Source: an uncultured Rickettsiales bacterium (lineage in GTDB: Bacteria > Pseudomonadota > Alphaproteobacteria > Rickettsiales > UBA1997). Taken from it: a DNA stretch of 64,000 nucleotides. Below are positions 13,401 to 25,639 of the stretch, in pieces. The stretch's first letter is position 1. Each line of letters starts with the position of its first letter. Under the pieces are notes generated by a model. It had not been told where the DNA came from. It ran no database searches and worked only from the letters and a program-made list of their open reading frames with translations. The position numbers and the translations under genes were made by a program. The stretch is from NCBI GenBank assembly GCA_944391025.1, contig CALXSC010000110.1:74627-138626 (forward strand). Reading direction: 5' to 3'.

Positions 13401-16391
13401 TTGCATTTCTTTTTCAAGGGATTCTATATTTTCAATACTCTAAGAATCACCAAATTTTCTTATATAATCGTCTATAACACTAATAGCTGCATTACTTACT
13501 TGTGCCTAAATAACATCAACATCCTAAGCATTAGGAATTAATTTTTGTACTTGTTCATTTATTTCTTTAATGAGACCTCTATACTATTCGTACCATTTAC
13601 TGCCATTATTAATAGCAGTACTTCCAGATTCATTTGCCTTTCTAAATACAGCAGCTAAGTCCATCATTTTTTGTTTGCCTTCTACTTGTTTCCAATTAGA
13701 ATAAACTTGTCTAGCTGCTTCCTTTTCTACATCAGTTATATCTTGAAACTTTTTACCATATTTAGCTTCAGCAAATAATATAAAATTAGGAAATGTAAAT
13801 ACTTGACTTAACTCAGGAGTAAGTTCAAACAAAGCTGTACTAACAAACTCATAAGAACGATCTCCATTAACTAAAGCTTGAAGTTTATTTTTAGTTTCTT
13901 CAACTTTTGCTTTAGCTTTTTTTATATTTTCTTCTATTTCAGCATTTGCTTCTTCAGTTTCACTTCTAGATTCTCTATCAGTTGTTACACCATCACCATT
14001 AACATCTTTTTTATTAATCATTAAGGCATTTAATTCACCTAACTATTTAGTTAAGTCTGAACTTAATGTATTAAGTTCATTTAAATACCATCCAGCTGTC
14101 ATAGATCTATGTAAAGCAGAATATCTTAAATTGCCTAGTAATTCTGTCTATTTATTTAAGAATGAGCTATCCGATATTTTAGCTCCATTAGCCTTAAGAA
14201 TATCAGATAACGCTTTTATCTATCTCTTAATTCCATTCTTTATAAATAAGTCCTAATTATCAGTTTCAGTACCAGGTTTATAAAGATAAGTAATATTTCC
14301 TTTTTCGTCTGTCTATTCATCAAATTCAGTAGCAGATAAGTCTTTTCTACCTATTTCTGTATTATCAAGGTCTTTTATAAATTCATCAATTTCTCCATTT
14401 CTGATCATATAGACCATTTCTTGGATTGCTTGATCATAGGTCATATTATTATATGATTTCACCTAATTATAATTAGTTGCTATATTAGTAAGACCCCCAC
14501 CTACAAAACCACCAACAAGTGACATTCCATATCTATCTACTAAATTCTAGAAATCCCATTTTCCTTCTTTAAAATTATATCCAAACGCATCTGCTCTAGA
14601 TTCATCTCCTTGTAACCACTGAATTGTATTATTAATTCCTCTAAATACATCAGCAAGTACTTCTTCACTTACTTCTTCGATACCTTCAGCAACACCTGAA
14701 CCTAAAGTAGCTTTTAATGTTTTAGTACCATTAGAGTATTCAGCTCTAGCGGCTTTCTTTCCTATTTCAAACAACTTTTTAGCATATTCTTTTTTATTTT
14801 CTTTAGGAAATGCTTTAATGGCATCACCAAACTATTCACGAAGTTTTATAACATCCTCATTAATTTTAGTAGAAGCCCTTATAATAGCTTGATTTCTAAA
14901 TTTATTATTTTTTAATTCAGGTAAAATCCATCTACCTATTTCGGAGTTAATCAAAGCATATTCAGCAGCTGCATAGCCTAAAGTAGCTAACACAGATTCC
15001 CACTATTCTGCACCTGAAAGTTTTAGTTCACCATACATATCGCTGACAGTAATAGCCGTCATATAACCCATACTAGCTTTTCTGCCAAAATCCTAGTATT
15101 TCTTAACTAAATTTTCTAGCTAATTATTTATAGTGTATTCTTTCTATGCATTATAATTCTTAACGTACTATTCAATATTAACCTTTTTACCTTTTAATAG
15201 ATCTTCTAAATTTATTTTATTAAACTTATCATAAGCCTATTCTAATTCTTTCTATTTTAATGCTGTACTAGCTTTAGTAGATAAATCTGCCTTATAAATC
15301 GCTTGGGGAAGTTTATTAAATATAAATCTCTACTCCTTTAACTATCCCATAACGTCACCAATAAGATTTATAAAATTTTCCCAAGTCCATGTATTTTCCT
15401 ATGAATATTGAGTTTTCGCAGTCTATCTATTTACTGACTATGCCCAACCTTCCATTTCAGAAAATACATAATTATCACTATCAATAAGCATTTTACCTAA
15501 TGTACCAGTTAATCCAATTAACTATGTACCTATACTTAATCCAGCAATCCAAGGACCTACAACAGGTAAAAACATTGTACCTACTAGAGCTAGATTTTTC
15601 ATAACAGAACCAAATAGACTCTTCTGTTCTATATCATCCGAATCAAAAAAGTCAAATTTATTCCAGAAAGAATCATCAACTGTAAGTACATTCATTTTAT
15701 TTAAGACTCTTTTACCATATACATCTCTACCATCTAGATCTTCATAGTAAAAACGTCCATTTTCATCAAGTTTTAAATCTCCAGCATGATGTTCTACAGT
15801 TTGACCTGTAATAGGATCAATATGAGTTCCGTCTTCATCGTACTAAGCTAATACTAGTGTATCTAAAGAATATTTAAAGAAATGTCCATTAGGAGAATCT
15901 CCCCATTTTGCATTCTCTAAATTTTCTCCAGCTGTACGAGGATTTAATAATACCCTATTTTTTTGAGCTAATTCTTCATCAGATAAAGTAGGAGATTCTA
16001 CTCTACCTAATTGAATTAAATTATGTACTTGTTCTCTAGGGTTAGAAATTTTTATTTCTTTAAAATCAGGACCCTACCTTCTAGTTTCTTTAGGTGCTAA
16101 ATAATTATTTCTATGAAAATCCAGTAAATCATTTACAGAATCTTCATAAGTTTTACTACCTAATGCGTCATAATACATCAATGACAAGTCATAAGCTTTA
16201 TCAAAAGTATCATTATCAAACTATCCATTCTCATCTCTAAACTAATCCTAGATCCATTTATCTTTCTTATACTATTCTTTACTTAAGATATATGTGTTGT
16301 CTGGAGTTAATCCAGCTAATATCATTTGATCGAGATTACCTTGCTGATTATCTAGCATTTCAGCAAATAGATCGTGTCTTTCTTCAGCCAT
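7413..16391 (-). CDS. giant (~2,992 aa) multidomain virion/cargo-type protein with embedded SF1-helicase-like ATPase
   Basis: ATG 16389-16391, TAA 7413-7415. Track ORFs at 7911, 8316, 8559, 9396, 13116, 13584 and 14547 share this frame and all end in TAG. There is an N-terminal Gly-rich hydrophobic segment and long coiled coils. Continuity was hand-checked only for 16391-13600, 12100-10300 and both ends. Confidence 0.6.
10850..11900 (-). other. SF1 (RecD/Dda/Pif1-like) helicase-type P-loop NTPase core inside the 2,992-aa ORF
   Basis: Four motifs occur in frame and in order: Walker A FIEGIPGSGKSYG (~11835-11858), Walker B LIIIDEISKF (~11490), GITVITAGDFDQ (GDxxQ motif III) and DVYTGISRSKQGS (motif VI-like, ~10861-10892). 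Confidence 0.6.
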
Positions 16392-16393
16392 AG

Positions 16394-18232
16394 TTATTGT
16401 TGTGATTTTCTACCAGTTTTCCAAGTATCTTTAGTAAGTAACTATTGTTGTGCATCAAGTTGCTTTTGTTCAGCTTGTGTTAAGGAAGCTCCAGTTAAGG
16501 ACATTGTATAGTTTTCGTTAATAGGAACCCATATAGTACCTTCGAACATAAAATCTTTTCCCCACCAACCAGTAGAAAAAGATTCATCCCCCATAACCTT
16601 TAAAATTTGAGCTAGCTCTTCTTCACCCATATTAACTCTTTGGGTAAGCTAATTTCCATCAAAAGTATCATCTCCAATTATATTATCATTAACAATCCCA
16701 TTCATAACACCAAAGCTACGCCACTATTGCAATGGCTCTCCATTCTAATCATAAGCAGGAGGTAAGTCATGCTTTTCATATACTTCATTAATTTTCTAAT
16801 AGTTACTTTTAACACTTTGTGGGTTTCCTACTTGAATCCCTAATTTAGATAATTCTAAATCTGCATCTTCTTTCTTTCTTGCTGTTTCAGGAGATGTATC
16901 AGGTCTAATTTTATTAGTCTAAGTATAATATTCCATATCTATAGGATAATCTATATAGGATATTTTAGGATCTCCAATATAAATTCCGTTAAATGCACTA
17001 CTCCGAATAGGAACTCCACCGATAGTTACATTATTCCAATCTAATACTCCTGAATATCCACCATCCCTCACCTAACCTAGAGTTCCAGCGGGTAACTATT
17101 TATCTTGTTTATCAGTAAGAGGAAGAGTTCTAGCCTATACTAATCTAGCGTAAGAACTCCCTGGATTTAAAATAAGATTTTCTCTTTTTCCATATCCCAT
17201 TACAAAATTATTAGCCATAGTAGAAGGAATATCTCCTGCAGCACCACTACCTTTTCCTGATTTACCTTCATCCTTAGCTTTAAAATCTAATGTAAAGGAA
17301 TGCTCCTAATTATTACCCTGTAATAAGAACTACTATATTAAAGCAGAAGTTGCTTTATTCTTATCATCAATTCTCATTTTATAAGCAGCCCAAGTTTTAG
17401 CTCTATCTGGTAATGCAGCTGTTAAATATCTAGTTAAAGCATTTATTTGATTTAATTGTGTTTTATCGATTATTTTATATTTATAAAGACCCTCAGCAGT
17501 AATAGAACCCATAGCCTAAACTCTATCATCCTCACTAAGCCTTTGTATTAAAGCTAAACCCTATTGTGCTGCATCTGTATTGATTAATCCTTCTTTAGTA
17601 TAAGTATCAGATCCTAATGATCTCAACGATTTACTTATCAAATTCTAGAATCCTTCATATCCAATACCATTATTTATAATATCAATCGCACCTTGATTTT
17701 GTATCATAGCTGGGTCAAATTTTCTTAAATTAGCCAACTAAGATACACTAAGAGCATAATATTGATCTGCATTTTTTATATAGTCAGATAGTTCTACTTT
17801 CTAGATTTTTCCATCTGCATTTTGTACTACTAATTTACCATCTAATGTAATAGCAGGTTCAGCTAACGCTCCATTCGTTTGGGCATTTTTAAAGGCATTA
17901 TCAAAGTTTTCTTTATTCTAAGCTGCTACTTTAATTTGATATAAATTAGATAAGTATTTAGTAGCTAAACTTGTAGTAGACTATCCTGTCAGTTCTGTCA
18001 TTCTAAAGGTAGCTATTAAATTATCTGTTATGTATTTCATTTCATTTGGAAGACCCTCTATCTTACCTATCATATCAAATAGGTCTTTTTCAGTTAATTT
18101 TCCATCGTTACTAGGCTTAGAAGACTAAGTAGGCTACTGACTAGCCTACTGTTGTCCTCTCTATACTGGAGCATAATTAACAAAAAAGTCATTAAACGAG
18201 CCTCCCTACTGTTTCTTAGGAATAATTTTCAT
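16394..18232 (-). CDS. hypothetical virion/cargo protein (~612 aa)
   Basis: ATG 18230-18232 overlaps the end of the upstream gene by 17 nt. TAA is at 16394-16396, 15 codons after the TAG that ends track ORF 16442..16630. The N-terminus is Q-rich (MKIIPKKQQGGSF...). No recognisable catalytic motif. Confidence 0.6.
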
Positions 18233-20837
18233 ATACTTTATTTATTAATTTAATTACTTTCGGATTTATAATTCCTCCATTTTTAAATTTAACCTACTAT
18301 TGAATATAATCAAATCCCTTTCCTCTTAAGTCTTTATAAGGATTATTTATAAAATATCCTTGCTAGGCACCAAGCAAATTAGCTTGATAAATATTATTAG
18401 CTAATCTTATAGCTTGTACATACTACGGATTGCTCATTAATTCAGCATCTGTTTTTGTCCCATCAGGATTAAATTTAGAATTAATAGCAGCTAATTGTGA
18501 ATCATATTCATTTCTAACTCCAATTTGATTAGTTTGATCCTAAATAGCTTCATGTTCAGCTATTCTCTAATTAGCCTAATTAATTGTATGTTGAGCAAGT
18601 CTATCCCAATTATCATATTGTTTCTAAGCTAAACTAGCATCTAATTGAGCTTTTTGCATTCTAGCTTGATTGATACTATAGTTATTTCGATTCATTGCTT
18701 CATTACGAGCATGTGCGTTCTCATTCTAAGTCTATAAAGCGGCTGCTTTAGTTCTCTAAATTTCAGCATTATCCGCAAGAAATCCTTGCTGTTCTAACTA
18801 GTCTGCATATTTATTACCCTAAAACATTATACTAGCTTGTAAACTAGCATCAGAAGTCATAGGTCTATTAGCTTGTCTTAGTGCATCCGCAGCCTATTGA
18901 TTATACTACTACATTACTCCAAAATTACCTGTTATAGGAGCAGCAGTTTTCTACGGAGCTGTCATTAAATGAGGTTTAATAGACTTACGTAATATATCAT
19001 GTATTTTCTTATTAGCAGAATGAGCCATCATAGCTCTACCAGACTCCATAAGGGTATTAGATAAGTCTCCCCAAGGAACTTGTTGTAACCATTCTGGTTT
19101 TTTAGGTAAACCTGTACCTCCTACGTCTATACCTTTAGCTCTATTAATAGCTCTTTGACGTATTCCTTCAATATCCATATTTTTTAATCGTTCTTGTAAA
19201 CTTCCTGCCTATTTTACTGGATCTAAGGTTTTAGTAGTAAATGAAGGTAGAGGAGAAACAAGTTGTCCTTCTATCTATATAGGGCTATTAGTAGAAAGTC
19301 CATCCTAACCTTTCAAAACAGCATCATTTCTAGCAATCTAACAAGCTCTTTTTACTTTTTCAGATACTTTACCGCCCTCTTTACGGATTTGTACTCCTGC
19401 AATCGCGGCTCTATTCCTTTCGTTTTCATCGTATTTTCCATCATTATTGAGATCAAATTGCTAATAATTTTCATCTTCCTTTACCCATGACTCTACAATT
19501 TCAGGTATATTCCAGCCGCTAGTTACATTAAGCTATCCAGTTGTAGGATTAAACGTTAAATACTAATCGTCTTTTAAACCAAATCGGTTATTACCTTTTA
19601 CATAATATGTATTATCATCTACTTTTCCAAAAAAATTTGTATCATTTATTCTTGTATTAAAATACTCATACAAGTCATTTGATTTAGTCATATGTGTTTG
19701 AGTATCACCTCCCATCCTTATACCAATGATATTTCCTTTATCAAATGAAAAATCATCTCTAGATGTTAAATAAGACTCTCTGGCATTCTATTTCATACCT
19801 AAAAGACCAGCAATTTCATTATCCCACTTAACTGTAGGTTCTCTGTGTAGTTTCCATGACCTCTAAGGATTAACATCAAGTTTATCTGGATCTCTTTGTC
19901 TCCAATTAAGATCAATTTCATCCCACGCTTTAGGAGTAAGTGTTATTCCCTCGATGCTAGGATCAGTTCTAGCATGTCTAGCTAGTATTCTAGCCTATTG
20001 TTCACGTTTCTTTTCCTCATCCTCTTCTTTTTGTCTTGCGGATACTGCTTCTGGAGAGTTATATTCAGCTTCCTATTGTCTTCTTGCTTCTTCTGCTTCG
20101 GCTTCTACTTCAGCGTCAGCAGCTTCCTACTCTTCAGGATCTGCATACTAACTAGTTCCTAATAATCGTCTCCAGTCATATTCATCTCCTAAAATTCGAC
20201 CCAATCCTAGTAAATCATCATTACTAAAATTATAAGTAGTTTGTCCATCTGTAGTAGTTCCTACAGTTCCTAAAAACTCTTGAATTTTATCAGCCCAGTC
20301 TTTTTTAGATTTATCATCAGATTGAATATAAGAAGCAGCTAATTCTTCCAATCCTTTACCAAGAGCTTGACTTCTGTTAGTTAAAGTTCTAGCTTTAGTT
20401 TCTTCATCATAAGGATCTAGATCCCAAAAATTTTCATAATTTATTTTATCAGATCCCCACATATTCTGTACGAAATCCTTACCTACCTATTTATTAGTCC
20501 ATTCTTCAGGTTTTTCTGCTTCATAGGGGTTTAAACTTTGCATTTTATCATAAATGTATCTTGCAGCAAAACCTAAAGTGTCTCTTTTATCTTTTGGATT
20601 ATTAGTACGTCTACCTAAAGAATCATGGAACTAGCCATTACTATATGTAATACTTCCATCTAATAATCCATTCATTAAATATTTCACATCATCTTCAAAT
20701 TGTGGACCAAATTTTTTATGTCTTCTAAGCTAGTTAGAATATTCCTAAAGTCCAGGCAATACTAATTCAGCTAAATCTGTATAATTGTATTGCTTTCCAT
20801 TCATTGTAAATAATTGTGGAGTATTTTGTGTTGGCAT
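18216..20837 (-). CDS. hypothetical virion/cargo protein (~873 aa) with acidic and Q/N-rich coiled-coil regions
   Basis: ATG at 20837 lies 125 codons upstream of the Met of track ORF 20148..20462. ORFs at 18951 and 20148 share the frame and both end in TAG. TAA is at 18216-18218. It is the first gene after a terminator hairpin. Confidence 0.6.
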
Positions 20838-20847
20838 ATATTTATAA

Positions 20848-20887
20848 ATAAAAAAGAGGAGAGGAGTAGAACATCTCCTTTCCTCTT
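20848..20887 (-). terminator. rho-independent terminator
   Basis: Minus strand reads AGAGGAAAGGAG-atgttcta-CTCCTCTCCTCT (one mismatch) followed by TTTTTTATTT. It sits between stop 20904 and start 20837. Confidence 0.65.
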
Positions 20888-20903
20888 TTAGTTAAACATT
20901 CAA

Positions 20904-21188
20904 TTATTTCTTAATTCTTCTAACTAAGGTTCCACCTTTCTTAAATACAGGTTCACCCTAAGGTTCCTAAGGTGCTCCACCAGACATCTATTGTACAATT
21001 TCCATAAATAACTAGCAAACCTAAAGAGCAATCTGGCAATCTTGATTCTATAATGCCTAGGCAGACATTTCAGCCAACATCATAATAGGATCTTGTTCTA
21101 CTCCCTACTGCGGAGCAGGAGCTTCAGCAGGAGGAACTGCTCCTCCCTATTGAAATTTAACGGTTTTGTTTTTAATTGTTACATTCAT
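20904..21188 (-). CDS. small Gln/Pro-rich protein (94 aa), extremely TAG-dense
   Basis: ATG 21186-21188, TAA 20904-20906. Product is MNVTIKNKTVKFQQGGAVPPAEAPAPQQGVEQDP...GTLVRRIKK, with 10 in-frame TAG in 94 codons. Confidence 0.55.
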
Positions 21189-21274
21189 AAATACAGTATT
21201 TATTAGTTAATTATTTAACAAAGTTATTAAAATAAATTAATATTCCAAATATTTATATTATAAGTACTGTTGAA

Positions 21275-21844
21275 TTAACTTGGAGATTCAACATATTCAG
21301 GTTCTCTATTATCTTGTTTGTTAAATACTTTAAAAATATATCTTCCTAAAGCTTTATAATCAGAATCTGATTTACTAGCATCAGCTTTCTTAGCCTTTTT
21401 AATTATAATTTTAGTCTCTCGTCTAGAAATAATTCTCTCTCCTCCCCACAAATCCATTTGAGTACTTCCATCCTAAGCAAGAACTTTCATTACAGGTAGA
21501 TTATCTTCTTCTTCCTCTATATCAAGTTCATCACCTTCTTTAATTCCTGAATTTTGATTTACTTCTAAAACATAAGCTGTATTTGGCACTGTTATTTTAG
21601 ATTTAGAAAAAGGAGTACCTTTACCTACAAATATTACTTCTTCATCATCATTTATAAAGACAATATCTAATGGAATAGGTGTATTATGCATCCATATTGA
21701 GACATCCTAAGGAGGATCGTAGTAAAAGAGCATTCCTTCATCGTCGGGAAGTTCAGAAACATACTAAAGACCTTGAATTTTTTCTTCTTCTGTCTTAGCT
21801 TCTCTTACCTTATATTTCTTATTTCCTATTTCAATATTTATCAT
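21275..21844 (-). CDS. DUF192-like domain protein (189 aa)
   Basis: ATG 21842-21844, TAA 21275-21277. It joins track ORFs 21473 and 21275 across a TAG. WMHNTPIPLDIVFINDDEEVIFVGKG...AYVLEVN resembles the DUF192 (COG1430) signature. Confidence 0.55.
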
Positions 21845-21848
21845 AATA

Positions 21849-23099
21849 TTACTATACTTTTTTAAATTGATTAGGATTTCCACCAAAACGTCCAAAACGT
21901 CCATCTTCTTCTATATTATACAGCCCTGCAGCCTCTCCTAAGTGGTCAATTCCCCATAAACCTAGTCCAGCAGCTCCACCAATTTTAGCTACATCACCAA
22001 CTATCATCCAGTTTCTTCTTTTCTTAGGAAGTTCTGGATAAATCATACCATCAGCTTTTTCTTCGAGTCTAGCTAATTCAGCTAAAGCTGGTGACATATC
22101 TTTTGATGTGTATTTAGGACGTTTAGCACCACCCATTAATTTATCTAATTCCTTTAGATCACCCTTGTCTCTTGCAAGTTTTAACTACTTAGAGATATAA
22201 TCACTATTATGTTTAGATTTTATTTTATATTTTTCCTTAAATGCAGTTAACTTTTCAGAATCATCAAAAACACTATTAAACTCATCAATAATTTTCTATA
22301 CTTCTTCTTTAACTCTATCTTGAATCTGTTCGTAGTATTGTTTAGCCCATCTTTTTTCAACATGTTTTCTGCTCCAAGCTCTATTTAAACCCACTCTCTT
22401 TCCTTTGTATTCAGGTATTCCGCTAGGATTAACTTGTTGTACTGTTTCTTCTACTGCTTCTTCTACTGCTTTCTCAGTAGCTGGTTTTGTAGATTTTTTA
22501 ACTGCATTTGTTGTCTTAGCTACATCAGTGGTTTTATCTGCAGTTTTACCTGCAGTTCTAAAAGCTTTATATCCTGCTTTTAGTCCTTTTCCTATCCTAC
22601 CAACAAAGCCCATTCCAGCTAATGCTGTACTTGCGGCTAGATTGCCCCAATTTTCTTTAGTCATTTCTAAAGGTTCCTGTCCTAATAATACTCTAGCAGG
22701 AGTATTCTAAATTATATCAAGACCTGCTGTAGCAGCCATACCTATAGGAGTAAACGAAATTCCTGTAGTTACTACATTGCCAAATGTATTTCCAACCTAT
22801 TCGTATTTATCTCTTAGTTCCTAAGAAACATATTTATCATATATTCTTCTAGGGATTTTACCCTAAGTCCAATATTTATCTCTAGCTTCAGGTTTTAAAT
22901 GCCCTACTAAATAGTTCCATGTATCATCGCTAAGATACTATCTCTACTATTTAAAGTCATCGTCAAATACTCTAGTAGGATTAGCCAAAGCCCACTCATT
23001 TATACGGTCAATATATTCTTGTCTATCAGAAGATCCTCCAGACTTAAAATACCTAGGTTTAAAATGGGGAATTCCGTATTCGTCAATTAAATTATTCAT
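21849..23099 (-). CDS. hypothetical structural/ejection protein (416 aa) with Gly/Ala-rich hydrophobic segments
   Basis: ATG 23097-23099 overlaps the upstream TGA (ATGA). It ends ...KKV-TAG-TAA, with TAA at 21849-21851. It joins track ORFs 22296 and 21852. Confidence 0.6.
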
Positions 23100-25639
23100 A
23101 ATAATTCTTCTGTATTATCTTTAGTATTATATAATGTTTCCTAAACTAATAATTTTCCAGCATCTAAAGCAGCCTAGTCTTTCTCTTTTTGAGAGCTATC
23201 TTCATCATAGTATATTTTACACAACCTCTCGATCTCCTAGGTAACTTCTAACCTATAAATTATTTCTGATCGCTCTATCTCAGCTTGTTGTTCAATTTCT
23301 CCCTCTGGAGTTTCAGAAATTACTGGAATTCCTTTTTTAGTAATACCGTCCATTTCCATATTATGCTTCCTAGCATGTAATGCACCTTCTGGAATTACAT
23401 TAATAGAACCTCCTGCTTGAAATTTAGTAATAGTAGCATTAAACAACTTTACTAGATTATCATCATTGTACATATGCAAAAGATCTCTCATATTATAACC
23501 ATACTAATCTTCATTCTAGCGTAAATTCTAGAAAAATTCTTTAGTATAATTCTAACCCCTTGTCTAATATTTAGAAGCATTTAATCTTGCCTCAATTTCA
23601 GAAGGATCATAGAAATCTCCAGGATTACCAGTTCTTTTAACGAATTGTAAGTCTCCGCCTAATTCCTAAATCCTATCATCATTTAAATCTTTATAAAAGT
23701 ATTCTAATTCAGGATTAGGTTTATTCTAAGAGATCCAATGCCATAACTCGTGTACTATATCTTCATCCGTATTTACGTAAATTGTATCTCCTTCGGTTCT
23801 TGGATCTCCTTCTAAAACTACTACTGAATCTAGATTATAGTCTTTATAGAAATCCCTTATGCTATCAGGAATACTACCACCTTCCTTAAATATTTCTATA
23901 TCATCTACTGGAATAATCACGGATTCTTTAATGATAGTACCTCCATCTTGAAAGTAATCTATATCTTCAATAGGAGTAATTACAGTCTCCTTAACTATAG
24001 ATCCTCCATCCTAGAAGAAATCAATAATATCTACTGGAATAATCACGGATTCTTTAATGATAGTACCTCCATTTTTAAACTAAGGAGTTTCTTCATTTAT
24101 ATATTTAAGAGCTTTCTACCATTCTTTAGTATCTCTTAATTTATCTAATACTTCAGAAGGATAATTATATCGTTTAGATTCTCTTAATTCATCTTTAACT
24201 AATAAAGCACGAATAAGTCCATCAATACCATTTTTATATACCTCAGAATTTCTAAAATCTTTTAAAATGATTTCTTGATCTTCTGGATTTAAAGTACTAA
24301 ACTATTCGATAGTCATCTATCTATAAGGACTATTTTTTGGTAATAATTTAAAATATTGGTTTAAATATTCAGAATCATCTGCAATTACATTATACCATAC
24401 TTCATTATTATGTAAAGAAGGAAGAATAGTATCTCTCCAATAACTATCCTTTTCTCTCAGACCATGAGATAATAAATCTAAAGCGATATCTTCTGCATCA
24501 GCTTTATCATTATAAACTATTACTGATTTTCCTAAAGTATTCTTTTTATGATAAGGTACACTATCTAAGTCTGCTGGAATATAATCTAAATTATAACCAG
24601 GATTAAATTCTGGATCATATTCTAATACAATATCTAACTATTTAGTGATAGGAAATCTATTTTTAATATCGTCTATATTAAATTCTTTTTCTACTTTAGT
24701 TCCTTCTTTAGCAGATAAGATACGTTTAGTTCTATCAATAAGCTCAATACTCATGCCGAATTTACCACGCCTCATATTAGCTTGCTAAATTCCACCTTGT
24801 AACTACAATTGTCTACGATTTGCATTTATAGCTGAGCCAGACTATACTATCGCTTGTCTTTTCTTTTCTTCATCTGCAATATCAGACATTATATCCTATT
24901 GTCTATCTGCTTCATCAATCAAAGCATCAGCTTCTTTACGTTTTCCTGTAGAGAATAATCCATATTTCTTACCACTTTTAGATACAGCATCATCTACAGT
25001 AGCCCCAGTTCCACCATATGATGAACCAACAGTACCAAATGCTTCTTCATCTCTAGTTATAGTATCAGTAGTACTACCTCCTAAGCTATTTACTAATCCT
25101 ATTGGAGTTAATTTAAGCCAATTACTGCCTAAAATCGCATCAGCAGTCGTCATCCCACTGGTTCCAGTAGCTCCTCCCGTTATAGCATCTAATCCTGTAC
25201 CTAAAGCCTTAACTCCTTTCATAGCACCACCAACAATCATACCGATAGGACCCATTTTCATGGCAGCATCAGAAGCAGCATCATAAGCCTCATTAAGACC
25301 TTGCGTTATATGTCCTTTATCCCCTTCGTATTCAGCAGGAGAACCTAAAGTAGATTCTAACATATCATTAACAAAATTAGCTCCAGAAGAGATCAATCCT
25401 GCTCCTAATCCATTAGTAGCAGACTATAAAGCATCATATCCAGCTTGCATGGACTATCCTCTAAGAAGTTTATTTTCATCCTATAAATCAATAATTTCTT
25501 CATCGGATAAGTTTCCATCTGCAATAGACATTCGGTTTCTCTTACGCTAATCTCTAGCCGCCTATCGGAAGCCTACTCTACCTTGTCTAGTAGACTAATC
25601 ATAGTTTATTCCACCTAAAGTATATATATTATCAGGCAT
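23096..25639 (-). CDS. 847-aa protein with Gly-rich region, three GG[ST]I[IV]KE[ST]VI.P repeats and an HExxH (zincin-like) motif
   Basis: ATG 25637-25639 overlaps the upstream stop (ATGCCTGA). TGA is at 23096-23098. Track ORFs 24896, 23726 and 23237 share the frame and are joined by TAG. DIVHELWHWIS lies at ~23730-23760. Confidence 0.6.
23904..24072 (-). repeat. 43-bp perfect direct repeat (two copies ~126 bp apart) encoding the GGTIIKESVIIPVD peptide repeat
   Basis: + strand atctactggaataatcacggattctttaatgatagtacctccat occurs at ~23904 and again at ~24030. A diverged third copy lies between them. Confidence 0.7.
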
